The notes beneath the pieces are model-generated. The model saw only the letters and a list, made by a program, of their open reading frames with translations, did not search any database and was not told the DNA's origin. The position numbers were made by a program, and so were the translations under genes. From the NCBI GenBank assembly GCA_030390025.1, contig CM059432.1, forward strand, positions 19,656,001 to 19,720,000: a DNA stretch of 64,000 nucleotides, written 5' to 3'. This DNA is from Squalus acanthias. Lineage: Eukaryota. Positions 51,961 through 63,811 of this stretch are shown piece after piece; position 1 is the first letter of the stretch, and every line of letters starts with the position of its first letter.

Positions 51961-53205
51961 CATAAGAAGAAATAGGAGCAAGGGTAGGCCATTCAGCCAC
52001 TCGAGTCTGCTCCGCCATTCAATAAGAGCATGGCTGATCTTCTACCTCAACTCCACTTTCCTGCACTATCCCCATATCCCTGATTCCCTTAATATCCAAA
52101 AATCAATCGATCTCCATCTTGAATATACTCAACGACTGAGCCTCCACAGCCCTCTGGGGTAGAGAATTACAAAGATTCACTGCCCTCTGAATGAAGAAAT
52201 TTCTCCTCATCTCAGTCCTAAATGGCCGACCCTTATTCTGAGACTGTGACCCCTGCCTGGTTCCAGACTCCCCAGCCAGGGGAACCATCCTCCCTGCATC
52301 TACCCTGTCAAGCCCTGTAAGAATTTTGTATGTTTCAATGAGATCACCTCTCATTCTAAACTGTAGAGAATATAGGCCTAGTCTACTCAATCTCTCCCCA
52401 TAGGACAATCCCGCCATTCCAGGAATCAATCTCGTGAACCTTCGTTGCACTTCCTCTGTGGCAAGTATATCCTTCCTTAGGTAAGGAGACCAAAACTGTA
52501 CACAATACTCCAGGTGTGGTCTCACCAGGGCACTATATACAGGAAACTCTTTCGTATCTGGCATCGACGGGACCGAGATGGTGCCGGTTGATTAAAAATT
52601 CCGGATAACGGAGAGGTATATCTACCGAGGCTATTTTTAACAAACAAAAATTAAAAAATCAAGAAATGTGCAGTATAATTGGGTACTCCCCTACAGAATG
52701 TTGTGTTAAATGGATGGTGGAAGATGCTTGATTAAGTACAGTAATGCCAGTTGAGGGTAATCCATAACTCTTTAATTACTTAACAGTAAAACAAAACTTA
52801 TAAACGACTGTATACTGTAGTTTTCGGAGTATAAATTCTGCCGGTTATTAGAGAATTCAGGATATTTAGGTGCCATTTAAACGAGAATTTCCTGTAATTG
52901 CAGTAAGACATCTTTACTCATTTACTCAAATCCTCTTGTAATAAAGGCCAACATACCATTTGCTTCCTAATTGCTTGCTGTACCTGCATGTTAACTTTCA
53001 GTGATTCGTGTACAAGGACACCTCTGAACACCAACATTTCCCAATCTCTCACCATTTAAAAAATATTCTGCTTTTCTATTTTTCCTACCAAAGTGGATAA
53101 CTTCACATTTCTCCACATTATATTCCATTTGCCATGTTCTTGCCCACTCACTTAGCCTTGAAGCCTCTTTGCATCCTCCTCACAACTTGCATTCCCACCT
53201 AGGTT
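51961..53205 (-). mobile_element. CR1 3' fragment, interrupted by a Tigger-like MITE
   Basis: ORF 52103-52564 (ALVRPHLEYCVQFW). CR1 sequence resumes at 52895. Confidence 0.9.
52540..52894. mobile_element. Tc1/mariner-pogo (Tigger-like) MITE
   Basis: TA | CAGGAAACTCT ... AGAATTTCCTG | TA. Confidence 0.8.
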
Positions 53206-53611
53206 TGCAGTAGAGAACGATTCACCACCGTCTGGTCCTGTACAGACCGTATGTGTCTCCATGTCAACTCCTGTACATGTAAAGTACACAGCAGGTAAAA
53301 GGGAATGATTCTCTTCCCTATGGTACCGTACAGACTGTGTATAGGGCAGGGCAGAGAGATTTAAAAAGACAGTTTTTAGTGGAGAAAAGAATCTGGGAGT
53401 TAATTTTGCTCTCCAGGATGATCCTGGAGTAGTGGATGGTTTTGGAAGAGGAGAGTGAGACCCGATAAGTACTTGATGTGGTGCAGCCAGATCTGATGAC
53501 GGAGAGCTAAACCAGTTGTGCGCCAGACATGCTCAAGTCTGTGCCCCTTGGACTTGAGGGAGAGGAGATGGCAGCCACACCAGGAGGGGCGATCGAGACA
53601 GGAGAGATCAA

Positions 53612-54489
53612 GGGGGAGAAATTCAGTATTGCCCCGTTTGGGGCGCAATTATCGGCCGGGCGCAAAGTTTAGCGCCTGGCGCTGATTATCGCCTCCGATT
53701 GCAAACTTGGCTTCTATCGCCTCTGGAGGTGATTGGAGCGCTAAATCAGGCGCTACATGCCTCTCTTAAGGCGCTAACGCCGAGGAGCAAGGCGCTACCT
53801 CAGAGCGCTGGCGAAGCTCATGTGATGTCAGTCAGCAATGGAACACAGACACACTGGCCCCGGCCAGTTCTTAAAGGGGAGGGTTGATCTTGCTCTCCAT
53901 CCACACCCTGCTCATTGCAGCCTTGACTCTCGGCCTGGAGAGACCTGCACATCAAATCTGTTGGAAAGAACAATGGAGAGGCCCAGGGAAAGATGTCAGA
54001 GTGTAGCCCCCATAGTCTCTTCTAAATCGATGCAAGGAAGGTCAAATCAAACTAAACCTGCAAAGTGCTGCTCAGTACCCAAAACTCCTTCACACAGCGT
54101 TGAATATCCCCAGAAGTCTCTCTCTCTCTCTCTCTCAGAATGCGTGGTGCAAAAATGTCGCCGACAAAAAAAGGCAGGAAGCGGTCGCCTTTAAATAGCA
54201 CTCCCCCAGTCCCTTCCCGACTGCAAAACGCTCCCCCAACTTGTCATTGCTAGCGGCAGGCGGTAAGGCAGGGGGTGCCACTCAATATCCAGCCTGGGGC
54301 GCTGCTGGGGCGTTGCATGCTCGACTGACGTCACGATCTGCGGGCACAGGAGATTGTGGCGGTAGTGTTTAGCGTCGCCCCAAATTGTCTGGTCAATTTC
54401 GCGAGCGGCGCAAACAGCGCTGCGCCCAGGCGCTAGTTGCTTTGCGCCCCGCGCTGACGGGAGGCGCAAAGCAACTGAATTTCTCCCCC
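53612..54489. mobile_element. Harbinger MITE
   Basis: TIR GGGGGAGAAATTCAG / CTGAATTTCTCCCCC. TSD CAA. Confidence 0.9.
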
Positions 54490-54744
54490 CAAATGTTTTG
54501 CTAGGGATAAGGGGCATCAAAGGTGGAAGTGAGCGAGTGGGAGGAAGATTCTTTTCTCAACATTAAGTTTCTCCACTTGCAAATGATTCCCCTTTTGCAC
54601 AAATGCCAAATACCAGCGACAGAATGTCATTGTCCATCTTGAAGTCCTTAGGTACACAATTCTCCTGACTGATGGCGCCAGCGGCTACCAGTTTAAAAAA
54701 CGGAACATACACCACCAAATGAATATGCTGCCCTGCTCTTTGGT

Positions 54745-55220
54745 GTCAGCCGTGGCTCAGTTAGTAGCACTCTCACCTCTGAGTCAGAAGGTTGTTGGTT
54801 CAAGTCCCACTCCAGAGACTTGAACACAAAAATCTAGGCTGACACTGCAGTGCAGTACTGAGGGAATGCTGCACTGTTGGAGGTGCCATCTTTCAGATGA
54901 GACGTTAAACTGAGGTCCCATCTGTGCTCTCAGATGGATATAAAAGATCCCATGGCACTATTTCGAAGAAGAGCAGGGGAGTTGTCCCCAGTGTCCTGGC
55001 CAATATTTATCCCTCAAACAAAAACACTACGAAATAGATGATCTGGTCATTATCACATTGCTGTTTGTGAGAGCTTGCTGTGCACAAATTGGCTGCTGCA
55101 TTTCCTACATTACAACAGTGACTTCACTTCAAAAAGTACTTCACTGGCTGTAAAGTGCTTTGGGACGTCCTGAGGTTGTGAAAGGTGCTATAGAAATGCA
55201 AGTCTAGCTTTCTTTCTTTC
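54745..55220 (+). mobile_element. Deu-domain SINE
   Basis: A and B boxes, Deu-like body, (CTTT)n tail. Confidence 0.9.
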
Positions 55221-55749
55221 CTTGCAGCTGCTGATAGTCTCACGAGCTTTTCTGCATTGACTAATGCTGGTGCTACACTAAAAACCCTCAACAAAATACT
55301 AGACAGCACGTTCAGCCATCATTTTGTTTGCATCTAACAGCCCATTATTTGGTCTCTGAAAGAAATGCCAAGTGCCAAAAGTTGCCCAAGTGCAACGTTC
55401 TGCAGGCCAGATTGGCTGAGATAATTCTAGCGAATGACAAGCCTTTTTTTGTAATAAAAGAATACTTCCCCACCCATCTCCACAGTGGTTAATGGAGCAG
55501 ACTGGCAGAAGGATAAAGGTTAAAGAAAGCTTTAAAGTTAAAAAAAATGTTAAATGTGTTAAAATAGTTAGAATGTCTTACATTTAGGGTAATTTTACGA
55601 GGCTGTGCTTCTGATCTCCAGGGAGTATATCTCGGGGAATTGGGCGCAGTTAATAGACAGAAAATTGCAGGGAACGTGCTCCCAAACAGGAGCACAAGTT
55701 CATAAAAATACGCCAGTAATTAAAGGTTACAAATAGAGAGAGGAGGTAG

Positions 55750-56226
55750 GAAGAAGAGGCCAATAGGCTGTGTGCCAGGGGGGATTCCGATCGCCGACTC
55801 CGGGGCTGAAGGTAGTCCGATCCCCGACCCGGGGGTGGGGGTTCCAATCAATCCGGGGGGGGAGGGGGGTGGCGATCCCGGGGTTGGGGTGGGTGCTGAT
55901 GGTGGTGGAGCTTGGATGGCTGGGTGGAAGCACTCCTGCTCCTCCCGGCCCACAAGGATTGCTCCCCCGAGGCGTTCCTCGGATCCCCGGCCGGCCACAG
56001 TTGAACCTGCACAGCCTATTAAATCCGAGGCTTTCAGCCTCATTCTAATATTTGAAGTGCCAACCCGTCTCCTGAGTGAGGGTTGGCTGCTCGCCCCCTG
56101 TCCTGCCTCCGTTAAAACCAGAAGTGGGCGGGTTGGAAACGGGTTGTGGTCAGGATTCAGATTTTTAACCCTTTAACCTCCCACCCGACCCCAACCAACC
56201 TGTTTTTTGGGGGTTAAAATCCCCCC
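55750..56226. mobile_element. Harbinger-like MITE, right half
   Basis: GC-rich, ending GGTTAAAATCCCCCC like the end at 29029. Left end not found. Confidence 0.5.
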
Positions 56227-56231
56227 TCATA

Positions 56232-57041
56232 GGGCTGGATTTTGATACTGGGGACGTGATGGAGGCGGGACTCCCACTTTTTGGGTTGCAGTCCCGCCTC
56301 CATCGACTTGTGGCCAACCCACTGCATTTTCACTTGATTGACATTGTTGAGCCCGCCCAGTGAGCTCAGCAGGCCAACTAAGGGCCACCTGGCAACAGGT
56401 GACGACAGATGAAATATCAGCGTTTGACAGCTCTGTGAAGCTGTCAAACACTGACAATCTGTCTTCTAACTTAAGTCCTTCCTCTCAGGCTGAGTTAGAA
56501 ATCATTCCAGCACAGAAAGCAGAAGGCTGCAGTTTTTGACAGCACCACGGCCATTGTGCTTTCTGTGCCGGTGAGATTTCTGACTCCCGAGACCTGAAGG
56601 GCTGACACCTGCAGGAGGAAGTTAAGGTAAGTAAAACTTTTTCCCATACTTTACACTTACCTTACACACTTACCTCTGCACACATGCACCCATCACTCAC
56701 CTGCCCTCCGGACATATCGACCCCTCCAACCCCTGCAGACCCACGGTCCACCTCGCTAAAACGGCGTGGTTCGGACCTGTCGGGAAGCCCACATTTCACC
56801 TTTTAAAATAGGGATTAGGCAAAAAACTGCCTGTTAACTACCTGTTAACAGGCAGTTAATTGTCACTAATCCCCTTCTCGCCTCGGGGAGGCGGGTCCCA
56901 GCACAGGTCGGGTACCCGCCTCCAGCAAAACTGGCATGGAGGCGGGTTGGGGGCGGGATGGGTTCGGGACCCCCGAATCTGCAACTTTAACCCCCCACAC
57001 GCCTCCAAACCCGCCTCCACGGGTCAATGAAAATCCAGCCC
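56232..57041. mobile_element. Harbinger MITE
   Basis: Perfect 12-bp TIR GGGCTGGATTTT. TSD ATA. Repeated GAGGCGGG/CCCGCCTC motifs like the left end of the 29489 element. Confidence 0.85.
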
Positions 57042-57585
57042 ATAGAGTCAGAACTCCAAAAGAAACAAAACCAGCCAGAGAAAACAGTTTCCCTGAATCT
57101 GCTTACAGTCTAAGGATTTAAAACTGAACACCGACCTAACTATTAGCAGTTAGCCATCACAAGCAGGTTGCGAGTAGAAAAGCCTGATAAATTTGCCCAT
57201 TAAAAGTTCGTTTTACACAGGAGCTGTTGCCATTACTCGCTAAGATGATCTATAACATACGGGACGGACCCTTAAGAGATCCGTCAGCAATAAAAGTGCA
57301 GTTTTCTGCAGCATTCTTCCCTTGTTAATTCTGTCACTAGTAAAATGCAGGGAGTGCAGTTACAATAAATGTCACGAAACAGGCTGAGAGAATCTCATAT
57401 CGGCCAGTGTGTTCCCTGCAGGAGCTTCTCTTATTTATTTGTTTCTTTGCCTTTAGGGCTCAAAAAGAGCCCACAACATTCTAGTTAACGTGCCATTCAT
57501 TTTGACAGCACAATTGCTTTTTTATGTCAAGTCACTTGTAGCGAGCTGCCACAGAGTAAACTGTTCCATTAGGTCCTTACATAAT

Positions 57586-58263
57586 GGGCCGTAATCTGCG
57601 GCCCCTACGGGTGCGTAGGAGTTGTGAACGTGCCCGTAAGGGCCGCGCAAGCTCCGGGTTTAGGCATGCGCTGCGCACGCACTAAAACCCGGAATGTGCG
57701 ATCTGTCATCCGCATCCCTGGGAAAAGGGCCTCCGCGGGCAGAGAGTTGGGCTTTATGCCCGTGAAAAGGCCTGCTTTTACCAGTGTAAGAGTTTTAAAA
57801 AACAAAAAATAAATACATTTAAAAAACCTGTGAAATAAGGTAAGTTTATTTTTAGACCCTGTAAAACATGTAAATTTATTTTTCAAAAAATTAAATTTTT
57901 GTTTTAAATATTTAAGTGCCATTTTAATTAATTTTAAATATGTAAAGGTTTTTTTTTCATTTGCAGTGTAGAGGTATTTTTTGGGGTATTCCCATTCATA
58001 CTTATGGGGTTTCCGTACATACGGAATCCCCATAAGCATGAATGGGGATTCCCTTCTGTCATTCGTTGGGCCGGCCAACGTGATCCCAGGGGCGCTTGCG
58101 AACCACCTGCGCCCCTGAGATACATGGGCCTCTTCCCACGGGTACCCATAAAGGCCAAGAAGCGCAAGTCTCCGTACTTCCCAGACCACCAGGTAGGCGC
58201 GGATTTTATTTGCAAATCGGAGGCATTTCCTCGCTGGAAGCCTCCGACCGCAAATTCAAGGCC
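57586..58263. mobile_element. Harbinger-type MITE with internal hairpin
   Basis: Ends GGGCCGTAATCTGCGG / CCGCAAATTCAAGGCC. TSD AAT. Confidence 0.75.
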
Positions 58264-58265
58264 AA

Positions 58266-58700
58266 TAAGAACATAAGAACATAAGAAATAGGAGCAGGAG
58301 TAGGCCATTCAGCCCTTCAAGCCTGCACCACCATTCAATAAGATCATGGCTGATCTTCTACCTCAACTCCACCTTCTCGCACTATCCCCATATCCCTTGA
58401 TTCCCTTATTATCCAAAAATCTATCGATCTCTATCTTGAATATACTTAATGACTGACCATCCACAGCCCTCTGGGGTAGAGAATTCCAAAGATTCACCAC
58501 CCTCTGAGTGAAGACATTTCTCCTCATCGCAGTCCTAAATGGCTGACCCCTTATTCTGTGACTGTGACCCCTGGTTCTAGACTCCCCAGCCAGGGGAAAC
58601 ATCCTCCCTGCATCTACCTTGTCAAGCCCCGTAAGAATTTTATATGTTTCTATGAGATCACCTCTCATTCTTCTAAATTCTCGGGAATATAGGCCTATTC
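58266..58700 (-). mobile_element. CR1 3' fragment
   Basis: ORF 58363-58668 (MRGDLIETYKIL) and a reversed (CATAAGAA)n tail. Confidence 0.92.
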
Positions 58701-59124
58701 CCTAGAATAGGAAAGTGTGCACACACAAACCAACAATAGAAGGGCACTGACAGCTCATATACACAGAGAAGACCCCAGATATAAACTGGAAACTCTGGGT
58801 GCAGACTGCAACTCAAGCGGTCGGCATGTGCAACCTGTTGCAGGGATGTCAAAGAAGCAGTAGGCATGTATAGGGATTTATTTTTAACATGTATTTTAAT
58901 ACAAAGAAGTATTTTTGTATTTGGTTTTGTGAGCAGCAGGTGTCCTGCAATATAATTGCCAGAACACTGTCACGGAATCATCGTACCCATTCAGCACCAA
59001 CATGCCCGTGCTAGTTTCTCAATTGACGCTGTCTATTCCAGTCCAATTTTCCTGCGCTTTTCAGCATATACTTTTATATTAATCCTTCACAAATACTTAC
59101 ACCATTCCAGTTTCAATGACATTT

Positions 59125-59575
59125 GGAGGAAAAATTGGGTTGCTTTGCGCCTCCCGTAAGGGGCGCTAATGGGGAGCAAAGCACCTAGCGCCCGGGCGCG
59201 GTATCGCTAACGCCTCCCACGAAATTCAGCGGGAGGTTAGCAGCGACAGTGGCCGGTAGCACCCCACGGCGCTGCGCCTCCGGCAAAGACATCATCGCCG
59301 TGCGCAGCGCCCCGCTCGCGTCCCGGCCGCAAACTCCGCTCGCGCCCCCTGACCTACCTCCGGACACTATGTCCGACAGGGTCAGGGTGCCGTGTTTGCA
59401 GCCGGGGCGGCCCAAATTAAAGGGCAGGTGCCGGGCGGCCATTTTCTTTGGGCCGCCTGCCAGCACCTGCCCCCTTTCGCCTCCTCCTGCTTCCAGTAGA
59501 GCCCTGCCTCCTGCTTGGGGCGCTACCATTCAATTTCGGGCGCGGGGGTGCTAACGCTTTTGGGGCGCTAAAAGT
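59125..59575. mobile_element. Harbinger MITE, partial
   Basis: GGAGGAAAAATTGGG start. Interior colinear with the 37647 and 39320 copies. Confidence 0.7.
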
Positions 59576-60049
59576 AGGCGCTATATAAATGCAAGTCTTT
59601 TCTTTTTGTACCAACCAGTGGGAAATAATCTTTCACTAATCACACTCTCAAAAGCTTTCCTAATATATTGCAACATTGGTACAGTATATAAATGGAACCC
59701 TCACTTAAGGATTAATGGTTTCCACGTAATAGCTGCAAGGCTATGGAGTGGTAATCTGAAACTGATTACCAGAAATAACATAAGAAGTAAAATGCAAGCA
59801 GTAAGCTGTTGCACAGCACCAACCTGGTCTACTTACAAATGCTTCCCCAAAACAGGTGAAGTCAGGCCTTTATCAAAAGATAGGAGTTGGAGACTCCGAA
59901 TTGTTTTTCTTTAATCAAGAGGGAAAGACCTCAGGCTGCCATTTTAGATTGGCAACAAGGCAGAAGCCACCACAGCCAGCCTGAGCCCGAGGTCACCTCC
60001 CAATTCACCGCATGAGTCGGGCGGTGTCATTCACGCCACTCCATAAGTA

Positions 60050-60953
60050 CAGAAATTTCTTCTGAATTCCTTATTGGATTTATTAGTGACTATCTTATAT
60101 TTCTAGCCTCCCCCCAAATGGAAACATCTTCTCTACCCCTTCATAATTTTAAAGACCTCTATCAGGTTACCACTCAGTCTTCTCTTTTCTAGAGAAAAGA
60201 GCCCCAGCCTGTTCAGTCTTTCCTGATAGTTGTATCCTCTCAGTCCTGGTATCATCCTTGTAATTTTTTTTTGCACTGTCAACAGTGCGTCTCTATCATT
60301 TTTGTAATATTGAGCCAGAACTGTGCACAGTATTCTAAGTGTAGTCTAACTGAGGTTCTAGACTGGTTTAACATAACTTCCCTGCTGTAGAATTCCATTC
60401 CTCTAGAAATGAAACCCAGTGCTTTGTTTACACTTTTTATGGCCTTGTTAACCTGCGTTGCTATTTTTAATGATTTGTGAATCTGTACCCCTAGATCCCT
60501 TTGCACCTCTACCTCATTTAGGCTATTTTCCATGGAGTAGGTGGCCTCCTTATTCCTCCTACCAAGATGTACCACCTCACAGTTACCTATATTGAAATTC
60601 ATTTGCCATTTACACAACCATTCTGCAAGTTTGTGAATGTCTTCTTGCATTTTGTCGCAGTCCTCCTCAGTATTAACTGTACCCTTCAATTTAGTGTCAT
60701 CCACAAATGTTGATATTGTACTTCTGATTCCCAAGTCCTAATCATTTATATAAATGGCCCCAGCACCGATCCCTGTGGAACACCACTTCCCACCTTCCGC
60801 CAGTCGGAGTAACTACCTTGAACCCCTACTTTCTCTTTTCTCTTTTATAGCCAGTTTGCTATCCATTCTGCTACTTGTCATCTGACTCCACATGCTCTGA
60901 CCTTAGTCACGAGTTTACTGAGATACCTTATTGAAGGTCTTCTGAAAGTCCAT
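60050..60953 (-). mobile_element. Diverged CR1 RT fragment, cut at its MDFQK motif by a Harbinger
   Basis: ORF 60279-60734 (FVDDTK, RDLGVQI, HLEYCAQFW). Confidence 0.88.
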
Positions 60954-61101
60954 GGGGGAGAAATTGGGCACTTAGCGCCTCCCGTTGGCGCTAACGACTT
61001 TGCGACCGGGCGCAGCAACAGTACTGACGCCCGCGAAATTGAGGTGGAAGTTTGCGGCGGCGGTAACCACTAGCGCCACGATCCCCTGCGCCCGGAGATT
61101 G

Positions 61102-61233
61102 TGACGTCATCCGGCTGCGCAGCGCCCCAGCTCTGAAATTCACTCTCGCCCCTGCCTGAGCGCCTGCCGTTAGCAACGACAGGCACAGGAGGCGGTATGC
61201 AGTCGGATGAGCGCTGGAGGAGCGCTATATAAA
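61102..61233 (+). promoter_or_regulatory. Putative transposase promoter (CRE plus TATA)
   Basis: TGACGTCA at 61102-61109 and TATATAAA at 61226-61233, upstream of the ATG at 61410. Confidence 0.45.
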
Positions 61234-61409
61234 GGCATCAACTTCTGTTTTTTTTTAGTCTGCAAAGAATGCGGCCTTGTCAGTTTGACAAAAGCAAACA
61301 GGCATTTTGAGCGATTTGAGCATTCTCAACTTGAAGGAGTATTCTGGCTGAGAAAACTTTATCACTTTCATTTGGGTTACATTTGATAGTGCAACATTTC
61401 CATCATTTA

Positions 61410-62573
61410 ATGGGGGCTGTACTGGCACTGGACTCGCCCTCCAGCTTCACAGTTGGAGGCAGCGGAGGCAGAGAGAAAGATTGCAAAATATGGCCAGAGG
61501 GAGGAGGGCCAACAGGGTTCTCAACAGGAGGCCTGACCTTCCCAGTGTATTCCGGCAGCATTTCTCCTACATCAATCTCACTGAGGAGCAGTGCCTTAGA
61601 AGGCTCCGCTTCACCAAGGAAGTGGTCACAGAGCTCTGCCACCTCCTGCAGCCAGACCTCGAGCCTCACATCAGGACCACCACGTCTCTCTCAGTGGCAG
61701 TCAAGGTCACCGTCGCCCTCAATTTCTACGCCAGCGGATCCTTCCAGTGTGCAACATGAGACCTATCTAACATATCGCAGTTCGCCGTCCATTGCTGCAT
61801 CTGCGAGGTCACAGGTACTCTCTACAGAAGGAGAAGCGATACATTTCCTTCCCCATGACCAGAGAGAAGCAGCGCGAATGTGCATGTGACTTTGCCAGGA
61901 TAGCGGGCTTCCCCAAGGTGCAGGGTGCCATTGACTGCACCCACGTCGCTTTGTGGGATCCTCATAACAATCCTGAGGTATTCTGTAACCGCAAAGGCTA
62001 CCATTCATTTAATGTGCAGTTGGTGTGCAACCATACACAGCGCATCCTCACCATCAATGCCCGCTATCCTGGCAGCAGCCATGATACCTTCATCCTGTAC
62101 CAGCTCTGTTCCAGCCACCACATCAAGCTAGCGGCCGGCTGCTGGGAGACAGGGGCTATCCTCTCCCCGCCTGGCTCATGACTCCCCTCCGCAACCCCAG
62201 CACGCGTGCCCAGCACTCATACAATGAGAGCCATGCTGCCACCAGGAACATCATTGAGCAGACCATCGGAGTGCTCAAGCAACGTTTCTGCTGCCTTGAC
62301 CATTCGGGAGGAGCCCTCCAGTACTCGGCAGAGCGGGTGTCCCTTTTCGTCATCGTCTGCTGCATGCTGCTCAACTTGGCCATCATGAGGGCGCAGCCAT
62401 TGCCACCAGGCATAGCCGCACCACCTCAGGAGGAGGAAGTAGGGGACGAGGAGGAGGAGGAGGAGGACAAGGAGGAACAGGAGCATGAACAGCAGTGATG
62501 GAGGATTCAGCCACTCCATCGGTCTTGTGGAAGTGCGGTCCGTGACCGCCTCATCAGACTGCGGTTCCAATGA
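61410..62573 (+). pseudogene. Harbinger (HARBI1-like) DDE transposase, disrupted
   Basis: EQCLRRLRF, VALNFYASGSFQ, GFPKVQGAIDCTH (D), RKGYHSFNVQLVC, LLGDRGY (D), RNIIEQTIG (E), acidic tail. Contains stops and frameshifts. Confidence 0.93.
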
Positions 62574-62760
62574 ATTCGAGGCCACTTCCCGGTTGCTCAG
62601 CCCGTCCCCATCATTCCAGCAATTTCTCATTCCATACCACACCCCAAAGCTGAAATGAGACACAGCACCATTTCTGCAAGATTCCAATAATAAATTTATA
62701 CACAATCAGTAACCATATATATACAAAAACAATATTAACTAATGACCCTTGTGCAAACCC

Positions 62761-63811
62761 TTACTTGCTCTCTTTACAGTGCCTTTTCCTAATCTAGTGC
62801 TCCTACGTAGTGTCGCCCCAGTGGCTGCAGCAGGGCTGGTAGAAGGCTGCTGAGTGTCAGTGCCAGAAACTACAGATGGCCTTGCAGGACGCCCTCGGCC
62901 AGCTCTGGGTCAAGAAGGCCTGGCTGTACACTGCGCCACCTCAGGCTGGGCGGTTGCAGTCTGGGCTGGCTGGATCACAGGCAACGGCAAGGGCAATGGC
63001 AGAGTGGCAACAGGAATGCTGTCCTGAGAGAGGACAGCAGGTTCCTGCTCCACTGACCCGCTCCCACTCCCCCGAGGCAGCACCTCAGCATCCCTACCAA
63101 TCTACTGCATCACAGATTGCTGGGCTGCTGTGACATCGTCAGATCCCCAGTGGACTGTGGTGGTCCCAGCGACTATGGCAGCAGTCAGAGCTTTCGTGGC
63201 TTCAAGCTAAAACTGCATGAGAGCAGTCTGAGACTCGATGGCAGCAACCATAGACTGCATTACAGCACTAAGACGTTGCGTGGCTTCTGCCTGTGCTGCA
63301 ATGGATGCTGCCACATCGCCCATGACACGTAGCATGAGGTCTGGGTCCCCACGGTCTCTCAGGGAGTCCACCATCCTTAGCTGACAGCCAATGATGGGCT
63401 CCATGTTGTGCGCAGAGCTCTGAGCAATGTTGGAGGTGGACTGCTCCATGCTCCTTACCATTGCCGACAGGCTCTCAGGCACCCTTGCCATTGCACCTAT
63501 CTTCTCGGTGTGCATGCCCATCACCCTTTTTGTGAACGCCTACCCATCGAGGTCCTCATCTGAGTCCTGTGCAGCAGAACTCGCGCGCGAAATCACCCCC
63601 TGGCCTTGCTGCAGCCCGCTCATCCCCGGTCCCTCACCTAGTGCAGAACCCTCTACTAAACGTGCCTCTAAAGATCGCGCAGTGCCAGTATCTGAGCTGG
63701 TGCCTGCGGGTGAGAGATGCAGTGACGCGGTCCTTTGCTCCCCCTCCTCTTCGCCTTCCTCACTCTCAGTGGGAGGCTCACGGATAGGCTGGTTATGTGG
63801 TTGCTGATTAT
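62761..63811 (-). pseudogene. Harbinger ORF2 last exon, disrupted
   Basis: Acceptor TTTCAG at 63817-63812. An acidic/Ser-rich then coiled-coil segment resembles exon 3 at 31591-30504 and the region 13265-14055. Confidence 0.75.

Larger units (their letters stand above)
47060..54545 (-). mobile_element. Old L2 LINE, fragmented by nested insertions
   Basis: L2-like segments in colinear order at ~47060-47937, 51883-51960 (NNCEELMDFFVTK), ~53350-53611 (SLKSKGHRLEHVWRTTGL) and 54490-54545. Confidence 0.7.

Noticed and set aside
61410..62573. Domesticated HARBI1 gene (also 12089-13080), or NAIF1/MSANTD for 30504-32465
   Set aside because: The copies are disrupted and/or sit inside TIR-bounded elements, so they are transposon copies rather than host genes.
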